Positions 18,795 through 28,154 of a stretch of DNA of 64,000 bases are shown piece by piece. Numbering within the stretch: position 1 is the stretch's first letter; the number at the start of each line of letters is the position of its first letter. The notes beneath the pieces are model-generated. The model was given only the letters and a program-made list of their open reading frames with translations. It was not told the DNA's origin and ran no database searches. The DNA lies in contig JBHLLP010000003.1 in NCBI GenBank assembly GCA_048885525.1, forward strand, positions 74,851-138,850. Reading direction: 5' to 3'. A program made the position numbers and the translations under genes. Origin of the DNA: Candidatus Hermodarchaeota archaeon (GTDB lineage: Archaea; Asgardarchaeota; Lokiarchaeia; Sigyniarchaeales; SOKP01).

Positions 18795-19712
18795 ATGTTC
18801 AAAGAGAAATTTAGTGAAGGAATAATTAGTGCTAAGCAATTTGATAGAGAAGATATTGAATATATTTTGAAAAAGGGGAAGGAAATGATTAATACTAAAA
18901 ATTCAAATCTTCTTCAAGGAAAAATCTTAGCAACATTATTTTTTGAACCTTCTACTCGTACTCGTCTAAGTTTTGAATCTGCAATGTATAGATTAGGCGG
19001 AAATGTAATCGGATTCCATTCAGGAGATGTTTCTTCAATTAAAAAAGGTGAGAGTATTGCTGATACTATAAGAACAGTAGAAAATTATAGCGATTGTATA
19101 GTAATGAGACATTCGCTTGAAGGTGCTGCGAAGATGGCAGCGAAATTTACGAGAATTCCGATTATTAATGCTGGTTCTGGAAGTGGAGAACATCCTACTC
19201 AAGCATTATTAGATTTATTGACAATAACAGAAGAATTAGGTCAATTAGACGGATTGAATATAGGATTAATGGGTGATTTAAAATACGGTAGAACCGTACA
19301 TTCACTAGCAATACTTTTATCAAATTTTGAAGTTAATATTTATTTCATAAGTCCAGTAGAATTAAAAATGAGAAATAGGGATAAAGATTTTTTACAGCAA
19401 CGACATGTTAAATACAAAGAGATTACAGATTACAGGAAAATATTGAACATTTTAGATGTTCTTTATATGACGAGAATTCAAAAAGAAAGGTTTGTTGATT
19501 CAGAAGAGTATGAAAGAATTAAAGGTTTTTACATATTTCAACAGGAAGATCTTAAAGAAACAAAAGATGATTTTAAGTTATTACATCCATTACCAAGAAT
19601 CACAGAGATTTCTCCTGATGTTGATAATTCAGAAAAAGCAGTTTACTTTAAACAAACTTTCTATGGAATTCCAATGAGGAAGGCACTCCTAGCGGAATTA
19701 TTGACAGAATAA
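18795..19712 (+). CDS. pyrB: Aspartate carbamoyltransferase catalytic subunit
   Basis: FFEPSTRTRLSFE, KGESIADT, HPTQALLD, GDLKYGRTVHSL, TRIQKER, HPLPR. Confidence 0.97.
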   Translation: MFKEKFSEGIISAKQFDREDIEYILKKGKEMINTKNSNLLQGKILATLFFEPSTRTRLSFESAMYRLGGNVIGFHSGDVSSIKKGESIADTIRTVENYSDCIVMRHSLEGAAKMAAKFTRIPIINAGSGSGEHPTQALLDLLTITEELGQLDGLNIGLMGDLKYGRTVHSLAILLSNFEVNIYFISPVELKMRNRDKDFLQQRHVKYKEITDYRKILNILDVLYMTRIQKERFVDSEEYERIKGFYIFQQEDLKETKDDFKLLHPLPRITEISPDVDNSEKAVYFKQTFYGIPMRKALLAELLTE

Positions 19713-19730
19713 TTTCTGAAATTCTATTTC

Positions 19731-21713
19731 TTAGATTAAGCATTCACTTAAAGAAATTGTACCTATTTTCGAATGAAATAACGTTTGTATAAATTTTTGA
19801 AACGACATTTCTTTTGGTTTTTTTTCAATAAATAAAGTCCCACCATTAAAAATTTCATCAAATTTTTTGATTAAAGTAATTCTTCTAAGCAGGGAAAGAT
19901 TTGATTCTCTTCTGATTATCCTTGTGGAATATGCATTAATCTTTGGATTAGTTTTTACCATATTATTATACCAACAGTCCTTTAAATAGGTATCTTTATG
20001 AGGTTGACTTAGGATATAATTACTATTCTCAGCTTGATTTTTCTCATCGATAATTTTTCTCATTAAAATTAAGATTTTTAATGCGAAATCTTCGCTATTT
20101 TCTGTTCTGTCAAGTTCTATTCCACAATGGTTTAAAATTGCTTCATTTAAACCAAAAAAGCTAATGGATTTTATTGCATCTTTAAATATTTCAATCGAAC
20201 TTTTGTTATAAATCCTTGTAGCTATGGATTCCCATTGTTTAAGAGAATTTAATTTCTTTTGTACCAATGACTCCTTAAATTTAAACAATTCGAATACAGA
20301 GTTTAATTTATGTTGTAATAGATCGAAAAATAAATCGTCATTTTGCTTTGCTTCTACTGAAATCAAGTGTAAATTAACTAAAATCTTATCTAAAATAACT
20401 ATATCATTCTTGGGATTTTGTATCTGAATTAGAGATGAATTTAATAGACTAGAATAATCCTTATTGTAAATAATTAGCTGATCTTTATTATCATTACTGA
20501 GAAGATTTTTTATGATAAAGCTACTCAAATCTGATGAAAAAATTTTAGAACACTCAAAAATAAGTAGTGGTTTTATGTGATTATTCTTCTGTTTTTTTAA
20601 AGAATTAAGAAAAATTTTATCTAATTTAATTTGATTTAAAAATTCCTCTGATGATTTTTCATTGTAATTAAACTCTAATGATAAATGTGATTTACCATCA
20701 TTATAGAGGGTATTAAATACGAGAATTTGAGAAGTAAAGAAATTATAATTGGATGATTGTATTTCTGGGAATTCTAAATAAGGAATAAATTGAGTATTAA
20801 AATCACTCAGAAGTAAATCCTCAGAATAAAACTGTTTTAATTTTTGTAGTAAATCTAAAAAATTCATGATTAAACTTGTATATTCTGTAGCATTTTTAAT
20901 TCTCTGTGGCTCATTTGAATAAATTTTTGAAAGATAATTAATCAAGGTTTTTGAATTTATATACAAACTTAATGGTCTTAAACCCCAGTAATTTAAATGA
21001 AGTAAAGCAATTTCTCCCGTTAAATATAAATCTGCCAGGTTTTTTGGTAAGAGGTTTAAAAGTAAAAATTGCTCTGAAACGTCAGAACCTAATTTTTTAA
21101 TAAATTCTTCTGGAGTAATCTCAGAATTTTTCGAATTAAATAGTTTAAATGCTTCAAATGGAGGAGTTCCTAGCCGAGTTAATTTGTGTCTTACTTCTTC
21201 TAAACCATTCTCTAATAGTATTGCATTTATATACTCCCGCATTAATGGTGCAGTCATATATTCTATATTTGTTCTAGATAAACGCTCTTCTACCTCATGA
21301 GCTATTTGCTTTGCTAAATAACGCTCCAATTCACCCTCTCTCACTAAATATTCCTCAATTTTTTTTATATCGAATACTTCTTTAGAGTATTTTGAAGTTC
21401 GGATCATCAGCGCCTTATTTTTTTTATTTAAAATTTGCTCAATAGATAAAATCCTCTCGATAATTTGCTCTCCTAAATATGTAATTGAATATCCATCTTC
21501 TAATGATATAATTAAATCACTTTTCTTTAACGTGTTTAAATGGAAAGATAAGTTGCCAGAACTAAGATCAGTTCCAAAAATCTCTTTTTGAAGCTTTGAA
21601 AACGATAACGGAGTAGAACTATATTTTAATTTTTTTAAAATATCAACCCTTACCTTTTGACTCAGTGCTTTTAGTTGCTTTTCTAATATATTTTGATTTT
21701 TGTCGGTGTCCAA
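19731..21713 (-). CDS. ArsR-like winged-HTH + ATP-cone + degenerate anaerobic (class III) ribonucleotide reductase NrdD-like fusion
   Basis: wHTH (LKALSQKVRVDIL...LSFSKL...SGNLSFHLNTL...YSITYLG); ATP cone (IRTS...FDIKKI...LVREG...MTAPLMREYINAILLENG); NrdD-like segments TRLGTP, LPKNLAD..LTGEI, VNL..I..EA, SISFFGLNE, KKF...NGG. No glycyl-radical loop. Confidence 0.8.
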   Translation of the reverse strand: MDTDKNQNILEKQLKALSQKVRVDILKKLKYSSTPLSFSKLQKEIFGTDLSSGNLSFHLNTLKKSDLIISLEDGYSITYLGEQIIERILSIEQILNKKNKALMIRTSKYSKEVFDIKKIEEYLVREGELERYLAKQIAHEVEERLSRTNIEYMTAPLMREYINAILLENGLEEVRHKLTRLGTPPFEAFKLFNSKNSEITPEEFIKKLGSDVSEQFLLLNLLPKNLADLYLTGEIALLHLNYWGLRPLSLYINSKTLINYLSKIYSNEPQRIKNATEYTSLIMNFLDLLQKLKQFYSEDLLLSDFNTQFIPYLEFPEIQSSNYNFFTSQILVFNTLYNDGKSHLSLEFNYNEKSSEEFLNQIKLDKIFLNSLKKQKNNHIKPLLIFECSKIFSSDLSSFIIKNLLSNDNKDQLIIYNKDYSSLLNSSLIQIQNPKNDIVILDKILVNLHLISVEAKQNDDLFFDLLQHKLNSVFELFKFKESLVQKKLNSLKQWESIATRIYNKSSIEIFKDAIKSISFFGLNEAILNHCGIELDRTENSEDFALKILILMRKIIDEKNQAENSNYILSQPHKDTYLKDCWYNNMVKTNPKINAYSTRIIRRESNLSLLRRITLIKKFDEIFNGGTLFIEKKPKEMSFQKFIQTLFHSKIGTISLSECLI

Positions 21714-21982
21714 TTTAATTATTGACCCTGTTCTATTTCTTTAATTCTGTTTAACTAAATTATATGATTAATAGTTATATAAAAATTTAGGAATCTCCTA
21801 GCCGGTTGATGAATAAGGATAATATGTAGGTGATATCAGACCAAAATTTTAAAGAAACAATTTCATGATAAATCTTTTTTTTTAGAAATTAAAAATTGGA
21901 CTACAATTTAATTTAATAAAAAAGAAATAAATATTTTTTATATTAGATATTTAATTTTAAAATCAAGTAAAATGGTAATTTA

Positions 21983-22657
21983 ATGGCATGGAATGAAATA
22001 AAAAAAAAGTTAAGAATTGGAACTATTGGATTATGGGTTATTTTTGGATTAACTACCATCGTAATGGTAGCTCTTGTATTAGGAGATGTTTTTTCGTATG
22101 ATGAGATTTGGATCCCGATAATTCCTATTGGCACTTTATTAGTATTAGCTATTGCAACCACAATTGTGGATATTAAGTCTGAAAGGAAGATTAAAATCGG
22201 GATTGTTGGAATATGGACCATATTTGCATTAACTCTTATTGTATTCGCTGCGCTTATAATAGGTAAAGTTTTTCAACCCAGTGAATATTGGATACCTTTG
22301 ATCCCTGTCGGAAGTTTGCTTATTTTGGCTATAGTTCCCACAATCTTAGAATATACATCTGGAGATGTAAGATTTTGTCCTAAATGTGGAAAAATATATG
22401 CAAGAAAAGGTGGTTTTTGCCAAGAATGTGGTACAAGAATCCTTATAACTTGTCCTTCTTGTGGCACCAAAGTAAAGGGAAATCCTAAATTTTGTGTTAA
22501 ATGTGGATCTAATTTAAGTGAGATGGAGATCATACAGACTCCTATATCCCAGTTTAAATTTAAAGCTGAAGGATATTCAGAAGTATGTAAACAGTGTGGA
22601 GCCCCAGCTAAACCAGATGCTAAGTATTGTGTATTTTGTGGATTTCAATTGTCTTAG
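21983..22657 (+). CDS. Membrane protein with a duplicated TM hairpin and C-terminal zinc ribbons (DZR)
   Basis: Four TM helices in two ~56-aa repeats; CPKCG, CQECG, CPSCG, CVKCG, CKQCG, CVFCG. Confidence 0.8.
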   Translation: MAWNEIKKKLRIGTIGLWVIFGLTTIVMVALVLGDVFSYDEIWIPIIPIGTLLVLAIATTIVDIKSERKIKIGIVGIWTIFALTLIVFAALIIGKVFQPSEYWIPLIPVGSLLILAIVPTILEYTSGDVRFCPKCGKIYARKGGFCQECGTRILITCPSCGTKVKGNPKFCVKCGSNLSEMEIIQTPISQFKFKAEGYSEVCKQCGAPAKPDAKYCVFCGFQLS

Positions 22658-22855
22658 TTCATCTATAATACAATTTAATTCAATATACAATCATTCTGGT
22701 ATGACAGAAATACCTTTATAATGAAATTGTTTTCATTTTTTTATTTTTGGACTTATAAGAATTGGACTCCTAATATTATAAATAATTATGAATTTGGTAG
22801 AAATTTATAAAAACTATTTTTCAATTAACTATAAAAAAAAAGGTATGATTTAAAT

Positions 22856-24619
22856 ATGAAAGATATTGAACAAATTGAAGAGCCTTACTTAATAGATACA
22901 AGTAAAGAGACTTTAAAAGAAGAAAAAGAATGGTTTTTTCAAATAGACTTTTTAAAAGTAGTAATGATTTTTTTAGTTATTTTTGATCATATGGTCCATT
23001 GGAACATTAAAAGTGAAATCGGTGTTACTCTATGGGAAAGAATCTCAATTCCTGTTTTTCTTGTAATTATGGGTTTTAATATGGGGAAATCATTTCAACA
23101 AGATGGTGATTTATCATTAAAGGAATTATATTCTTGGGGTTACTTTAAACACAAGATTTTGCGGTATATTTTACCATTTCTAGTTTTATATGCAGCATCA
23201 ACCTTTATAGGGTTGTTTATGTATGGATTTAATCTCTCAAATATGTGGTATGGGCAATTTTATCCAAATCATGGATTTATCCACTTGTTCATAGGATTCT
23301 TACCATTTTGGGGTCCTGGGAATTGGTTTATTCCTCTGCTCTTCCAATCTATCTTAATCTTACCTTTACTCTACTGGGCATTTAGAAAAAAGCCAGTTTT
23401 AACATTAATTATATGTTTTGTTGTAGAGGTAGCATTACAATTAATGATATTCTTCACAATTGGAAATATTGGATCTTATGAAGAATATCATATTCTCTAT
23501 TTAATTATAACAAGTGCTTTATTTTATCTTCCCAGTATCGGTTTGGGGATGTGGTTTTCTTTTGACCATGATTTAAAATCTAAACGAAATGTTTTTATGT
23601 GGATTTTATTTCCAATAAGTTTAGCATTTATAATAATGTATCAATTCTTTGGTTATAGAATACGGATTGATGGAGTACTACTTTTAAGAGGAGATTATCA
23701 TTTCTTAATTATTCCATATTCTGCGTTTTTATTTTTGCTAGCATTGAGATTCTTGCCTCAAAAATCAGAACAACCGATTTCGAGAGCTATTACCTTAATT
23801 GGAAAATCAACATATCATATTTTACTTACACAAATACTAGGTTATGGAATGATTTTCGCTTTTTGGGGTACTCATTATATAATAGATATTGGGTTTCAAC
23901 CCGATCAGGCACTAGATTTGATCATCGCTTGGATTTTGTTTATTTCATTTGGTGTCATGTGGTATAAAATAGACCAACAAAAGAGTGTTTTAAGGCGTGT
24001 TCTCTCCTATTTTAACCTATTTATAGTGTTTTCGTCAATCTTGTTTTTGACATTTTGGGCTCAAGAATTATGGATCCCAATACCGCTAGTAATCATTATA
24101 ATTTATGGAATTGCTGCTTTTATAACTAATTTTATTATTCAAAAACCACTTAATACAAAGATTCTGGCTTTTTGGACACAATTTGTATTGATTACGTTTA
24201 TAATGATGGTTCTTCAAGTCGAAGTCATGCATCCTAGTGAGTTTTGGATTTCATTTATATTCATAATTGGATCGTTTATTGTAGCACTTATAGGCACTAT
24301 TTTAGATACCATGAGAATTAGAGAATTGTTTTGGGGATTTTTCTTTCTACTTTCAGCTTTTTTTATCCTATTCATATCTATTTATAAATTTTCTGTTTAT
24401 ATGGCGCACATTTATATATTATTATTCGAAGTTTGGGAATATGTTACAATAATCGGATCAGTAATCATCGCGTTAGTGGCATTTAAGGCAACGGTTAATA
24501 GTTTTTATTTTTCGGATATAAAACCCATAAAATGGTACATTAAAGTTATCGTCATAGGTGCTGTGATATATAGTATGTATAACATTTCTTTAATATTTGA
24601 AATTCTTTCAAGATGGTAA
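22856..24619 (+). CDS. Acyltransferase-3 (OafA-like) membrane protein with an extra C-terminal TM region
   Basis: QIDFLKVVMIFLVIFDH, IPVFLVIMG, RYILPF, GNWFI, IGKSTYHILLTQ. Confidence 0.82.
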   Translation: MKDIEQIEEPYLIDTSKETLKEEKEWFFQIDFLKVVMIFLVIFDHMVHWNIKSEIGVTLWERISIPVFLVIMGFNMGKSFQQDGDLSLKELYSWGYFKHKILRYILPFLVLYAASTFIGLFMYGFNLSNMWYGQFYPNHGFIHLFIGFLPFWGPGNWFIPLLFQSILILPLLYWAFRKKPVLTLIICFVVEVALQLMIFFTIGNIGSYEEYHILYLIITSALFYLPSIGLGMWFSFDHDLKSKRNVFMWILFPISLAFIIMYQFFGYRIRIDGVLLLRGDYHFLIIPYSAFLFLLALRFLPQKSEQPISRAITLIGKSTYHILLTQILGYGMIFAFWGTHYIIDIGFQPDQALDLIIAWILFISFGVMWYKIDQQKSVLRRVLSYFNLFIVFSSILFLTFWAQELWIPIPLVIIIIYGIAAFITNFIIQKPLNTKILAFWTQFVLITFIMMVLQVEVMHPSEFWISFIFIIGSFIVALIGTILDTMRIRELFWGFFFLLSAFFILFISIYKFSVYMAHIYILLFEVWEYVTIIGSVIIALVAFKATVNSFYFSDIKPIKWYIKVIVIGAVIYSMYNISLIFEILSRW

Positions 24620-24750
24620 AGCAATTCTCCTCAAAATTTTTTTTTCTATTTTAACTTTTTAAAAAAGTAAGTTATTAATAATAGATGAGCCTTTACTAAA
24701 AAAAAAGAATTTTAAGCTTGTTTTAAGATCAGTAATAAATTTAATTGAAA

Positions 24751-24894
24751 TTAATTGATCTTCTGTCTTATTTCATTATTTTTAATTTCTAGATTTAATT
24801 CTTTAAATTTTGCTTTGTAATATTCTTTTGGATTCATTTCTCTCAAATCTTCCTTTTTAACTAACCAATCCTGTTTTTTTAGCGCCTTTATTAT
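24751..24894 (-). CDS. Putative 47-aa small protein with an ATA start
   Basis: AAGGAGGT ribosome-binding site 5 nt before ATA ATA AAG GCG...; open for 47 codons (IKALKKQDWLVKKEDLREMNPKEYYKAKFKELNLEIKNNEIRQKIN) to TAA at 24751. Confidence 0.45.
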   Translation of the reverse strand: MIKALKKQDWLVKKEDLREMNPKEYYKAKFKELNLEIKNNEIRQKIN

Positions 24895-25155
24895 TGATTA
24901 CCTCCTTAATTTAGCGATTAAGAGCAAGGGCGAATGATATGTAAATAAGCTTGTGATATATATCCTTATATAATCAAAGTTAATTTATACTATTAAAAGG
25001 AAAATGGTAAACTTTTGAAGTATAAGTACATCGAAATGCATTTGATAAAAAAGATCGAAACCAATCTTAAAGAATAAATGAATAACTAGTTCCAACTATC
25101 AAAAGGTATAACTTATTTTTATAAAAAGTGATTTTTTAAAAAGGTGTTTATAGAA

Positions 25156-25773
25156 TTATCGCGCTGAGACAGCAATCCTTTCAATTTCATCTTTACGTTT
25201 AACTGCTCTAGATTCCTGACTGTTATTTGCTGCTAGCATTAATTCTTGTGCTAAGTTTTCTTCAAACATCTTTTCATTAGCATGTGAACGAGCGCCAATA
25301 GCTTGAACGAGATATTTGATAGCTAAGTCAACTCGTCGCTGTGGAGCGATATCAACAGCAGAAGCGTATGAAATACCCCCCATTGCAATCTTTGTCGTTT
25401 CTTCTCTAGGAGCGGAATTGCAGATCGCATCTACTAAAACTTGGATAGGATTTTCCCCTGTGACTAATTCTATTAGTGTAAAAGCATTTTTTAAACTTCT
25501 TAGAAGTTTGCTTTTTTTACCAGAATGATAAGAACTTTTGTGTCCTTTAATTTTACTACCAATAAAACCAGGAGAGAGTAATCTATTTGAAAATCGTTCA
25601 ATAATAGAGACCTTGGAGGACTTCCAGAATCTTTTATGCTCATGCCTACCGGCAGAATAGGGAACGATAATAGGTTTCAGATTAATATAATTTTCAAGTG
25701 TATTATCCGATACATTAATATCTGTAAAAGCCCATTTATTGAAAAGTCTAATTTCTTTCTTTGTTTTACTCAT
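25156..25773 (-). CDS. rps7: 30S ribosomal protein S7 (uS7)
   Basis: IRLFNKW, SAGRH, SIIERF, ENPIQVLVDAI.NSAPREE, VDIAPQRRVD, KRKDEIERIAVSAR. Confidence 0.97.
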   Translation of the reverse strand: MSKTKKEIRLFNKWAFTDINVSDNTLENYINLKPIIVPYSAGRHEHKRFWKSSKVSIIERFSNRLLSPGFIGSKIKGHKSSYHSGKKSKLLRSLKNAFTLIELVTGENPIQVLVDAICNSAPREETTKIAMGGISYASAVDIAPQRRVDLAIKYLVQAIGARSHANEKMFEENLAQELMLAANNSQESRAVKRKDEIERIAVSAR

Positions 25774-25787
25774 AAACTATAACCTCT

Positions 25788-26231
25788 TTAGCGGAGCGGC
25801 TTTTCTTTCTTTCCTGTTAATAACGCTTCTAGTGAAACACCATTTACTTTTACAACTTTATACCTTACACCGGGGAGATCCCCGATACTTCTCCCTTTTG
25901 CTCCTCCAATTCCTTCAATAAGAACTCGATCATGCTCTTCTATGAAATTAAGGGCTCCATCCCCTGGAAGGAAAGCAGTTACTCCTTTTCCATTCTTTTT
26001 CAATTGGACTCTTACACACTTACGGATTGCAGAGTTAGGCTGTTTACTTTCTCGACCAACTTTTTGAAGAACTATTCCTAGAGCTTGACAGGATCCTTCA
26101 AGCGGATCTACTCGCTTTTTCAGTTGAATTTTTCTTCTTTTATACTTTGTTTTAGACCATCGAAATTTCTTTCGGTTGGTTTGAAGCTTTCTAGCTGCAT
26201 AGAGTCCTTTTGGGCTGCCTATATCTAACAC
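25788..26231 (-). CDS. rps12: 30S ribosomal protein S12 (uS12)
   Basis: [48 protein letters not shown]. True start is probably ATA at 26222. Confidence 0.97.
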   Translation of the reverse strand: MLDIGSPKGLYAARKLQTNRKKFRWSKTKYKRRKIQLKKRVDPLEGSCQALGIVLQKVGRESKQPNSAIRKCVRVQLKKNGKGVTAFLPGDGALNFIEEHDRVLIEGIGGAKGRSIGDLPGVRYKVVKVNGVSLEALLTGKKEKPLR

Positions 26232-26329
26232 CTATTAATAATTAATTGACAAAACTTTAGTAGTAGAAAAAATGATTCTTTAAACTTAAAATTTTTGTAT
26301 ATTATGAAAAATTTATACTATTGAATAGG

Positions 26330-27586
26330 TTATTCTACTCTTAGATCAAGACTTCTTATTGCATTATAACAAATATCTATGCATCCATTTAGATTGTCTG
26401 CAGAACATAAATCGGGAATATCTTTTTTAGAATGTACGTATTTTGAATCATTATTTGACAAAAAGCAACTTACTTGAAAACCATTTTTCTCTGCTTTTTT
26501 TGTGAGAGTGTGAAAAATTAAATAATCACTTCCTGTTCCGAGTACCATTTTTGGACTTTCAAAAACCATTTTCTGTTGTGTATCTGAGGCTTTTAAGACG
26601 TCATTCAGATTATCATTTAATTTTTTTTTCTTAAATAATCCCGTCTCCTCAATTAATCCTATATAAGTACCTACCTTATCTATATTGATATTGTATGAGT
26701 TGTTTAAATCGTAATCATAATCTAATTCTTCAAAATGTTTAGAAAAGTATTGTTTTGTCCCCCATATTCCCATTTCCTCTGCTCCACTCCATAAAAAGAT
26801 TACATCTGTTTTTTCAAGAGGATATTGTTTGATTAATTTCGCTAGTTCTAATAGAATTGCTACACCAGAGGCATTATCTATTGACCCTATGGAATCATTA
26901 GTCTTTTTCCTAAAAAAATTTATAAAAATTTCTGTAAGTAAAATAATTCCAATTATTAGGGATAGATTTCTTATCCATACGTATATGATATTAATATCAA
27001 TTGCTGTAAACAATGCTAAAATTGACCAAAAGGAAAGAATTAAGTTTGTAAGTAGAGAAATGATAAGAAATAAAACCATTGAAAGGTATAAAGGTTTCAT
27101 AACTTTGTATGGAAGATTTGATGAAACTGAATCATGATGAGCTGAAAATATGATAACAGGTCTTTTTGGATATAAATCTTTTGCTTGAATTGTTAATATG
27201 ACATTTTTTGATGTTCGTTTCTTTCCTAAAAATATAATTTTAGAATATTCAAAAGCATATTTCCCTCCGAAAATTAATGTTAGAAAAAATAGACCATAAA
27301 GAGGAAGTATTATCCAAATAAAAGTTGGGTATAATAATAATATCTCAATAATTATATTAACAGTAAATATCGATAAAAAAAACAATTTCCTTAATTTGCT
27401 TGATGTTTTTGTCCATTCAAAAGACTCTAATTTTGCATCAAGATTCTTTTTATCTAGTTCTTTTAGGATATAATTTATTGTTTTTGTTTCACCATCAGTT
27501 GCAGCATAACGTTTAAATCCTAGCGATTTAACATGATTAATAGCAGCGCGCTCGTCATATAGATTCAATTTTGAAATAGTAATCAC
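26330..27586 (-). CDS. M28-family metallopeptidase with inserted TM segments
   Basis: SAHHDS, GSIDNASG, AEEMG, NIDKVG, GSDY, VHSKKD; four hydrophobic segments. Confidence 0.85.
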   Translation of the reverse strand: MITISKLNLYDERAAINHVKSLGFKRYAATDGETKTINYILKELDKKNLDAKLESFEWTKTSSKLRKLFFLSIFTVNIIIEILLLYPTFIWIILPLYGLFFLTLIFGGKYAFEYSKIIFLGKKRTSKNVILTIQAKDLYPKRPVIIFSAHHDSVSSNLPYKVMKPLYLSMVLFLIISLLTNLILSFWSILALFTAIDINIIYVWIRNLSLIIGIILLTEIFINFFRKKTNDSIGSIDNASGVAILLELAKLIKQYPLEKTDVIFLWSGAEEMGIWGTKQYFSKHFEELDYDYDLNNSYNINIDKVGTYIGLIEETGLFKKKKLNDNLNDVLKASDTQQKMVFESPKMVLGTGSDYLIFHTLTKKAEKNGFQVSCFLSNNDSKYVHSKKDIPDLCSADNLNGCIDICYNAIRSLDLRVE

Positions 27587-27649
27587 ATTAAATTGTTACT
27601 TTATGATTAAATTATTCGCAATTATTAAGTATAATTTAGTTAATAAAAA

Positions 27650-28126
27650 TCAGATATTTTTCGTGTTGATAATTACATTATCAACCTCATAATATCGTAA
27701 TACTAATTCCTTAATTTTTCTTATCATTGATCCATCTTTGCCGATAGCTTTTCCACGGTCTTGAGGTCGTACTGTTATAATCACTGTTTTCTTTAGATTT
27801 CTACTCTCTTTAATTTCGATATTTTGAACCATTATTGAATTTTTTGTAGTTTGCAATATATTTTGAATGAACTGATTTAAGTTCTCGGAGAATGCAATAA
27901 CATCTATTTTTTTTTGGAGCTTTGATTTTAAATCTTTAACATGTTCGCCAGCTTTTCCAATTGCTTTCCCTACGTCTTCTTCTTTTACTAAAAAAATAAT
28001 AATTTCAGAGCCATTATCAGGTGATTTAAAAATCAAACAATCTTTTATAATAGCTCCAGATATATTATTAAATAGCGAAATAAGTTCCATTGCTTCCCGA
28101 TCAATCTTAATATTCTTTTTTAACAT
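27650..28126 (-). CDS. nusA: Archaeal transcription factor NusA
   Basis: Two KH motifs, GKAIGKAGEHV and GKAIGKDGSMI; follows L30e. Confidence 0.93.
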   Translation of the reverse strand: MLKKNIKIDREAMELISLFNNISGAIIKDCLIFKSPDNGSEIIIFLVKEEDVGKAIGKAGEHVKDLKSKLQKKIDVIAFSENLNQFIQNILQTTKNSIMVQNIEIKESRNLKKTVIITVRPQDRGKAIGKDGSMIRKIKELVLRYYEVDNVIINTKNI

Positions 28127-28154
28127 GCAAAAATCGCGTTATAAATTGTTAAAA

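Noticed and set aside
19731-21713. Calling this gene a functional anaerobic ribonucleotide reductase (nrdD)
   Set aside because: No glycyl-radical loop, Zn site or recognisable catalytic Cys, and pyrB occupies the sequence downstream, so there is no frameshifted continuation.
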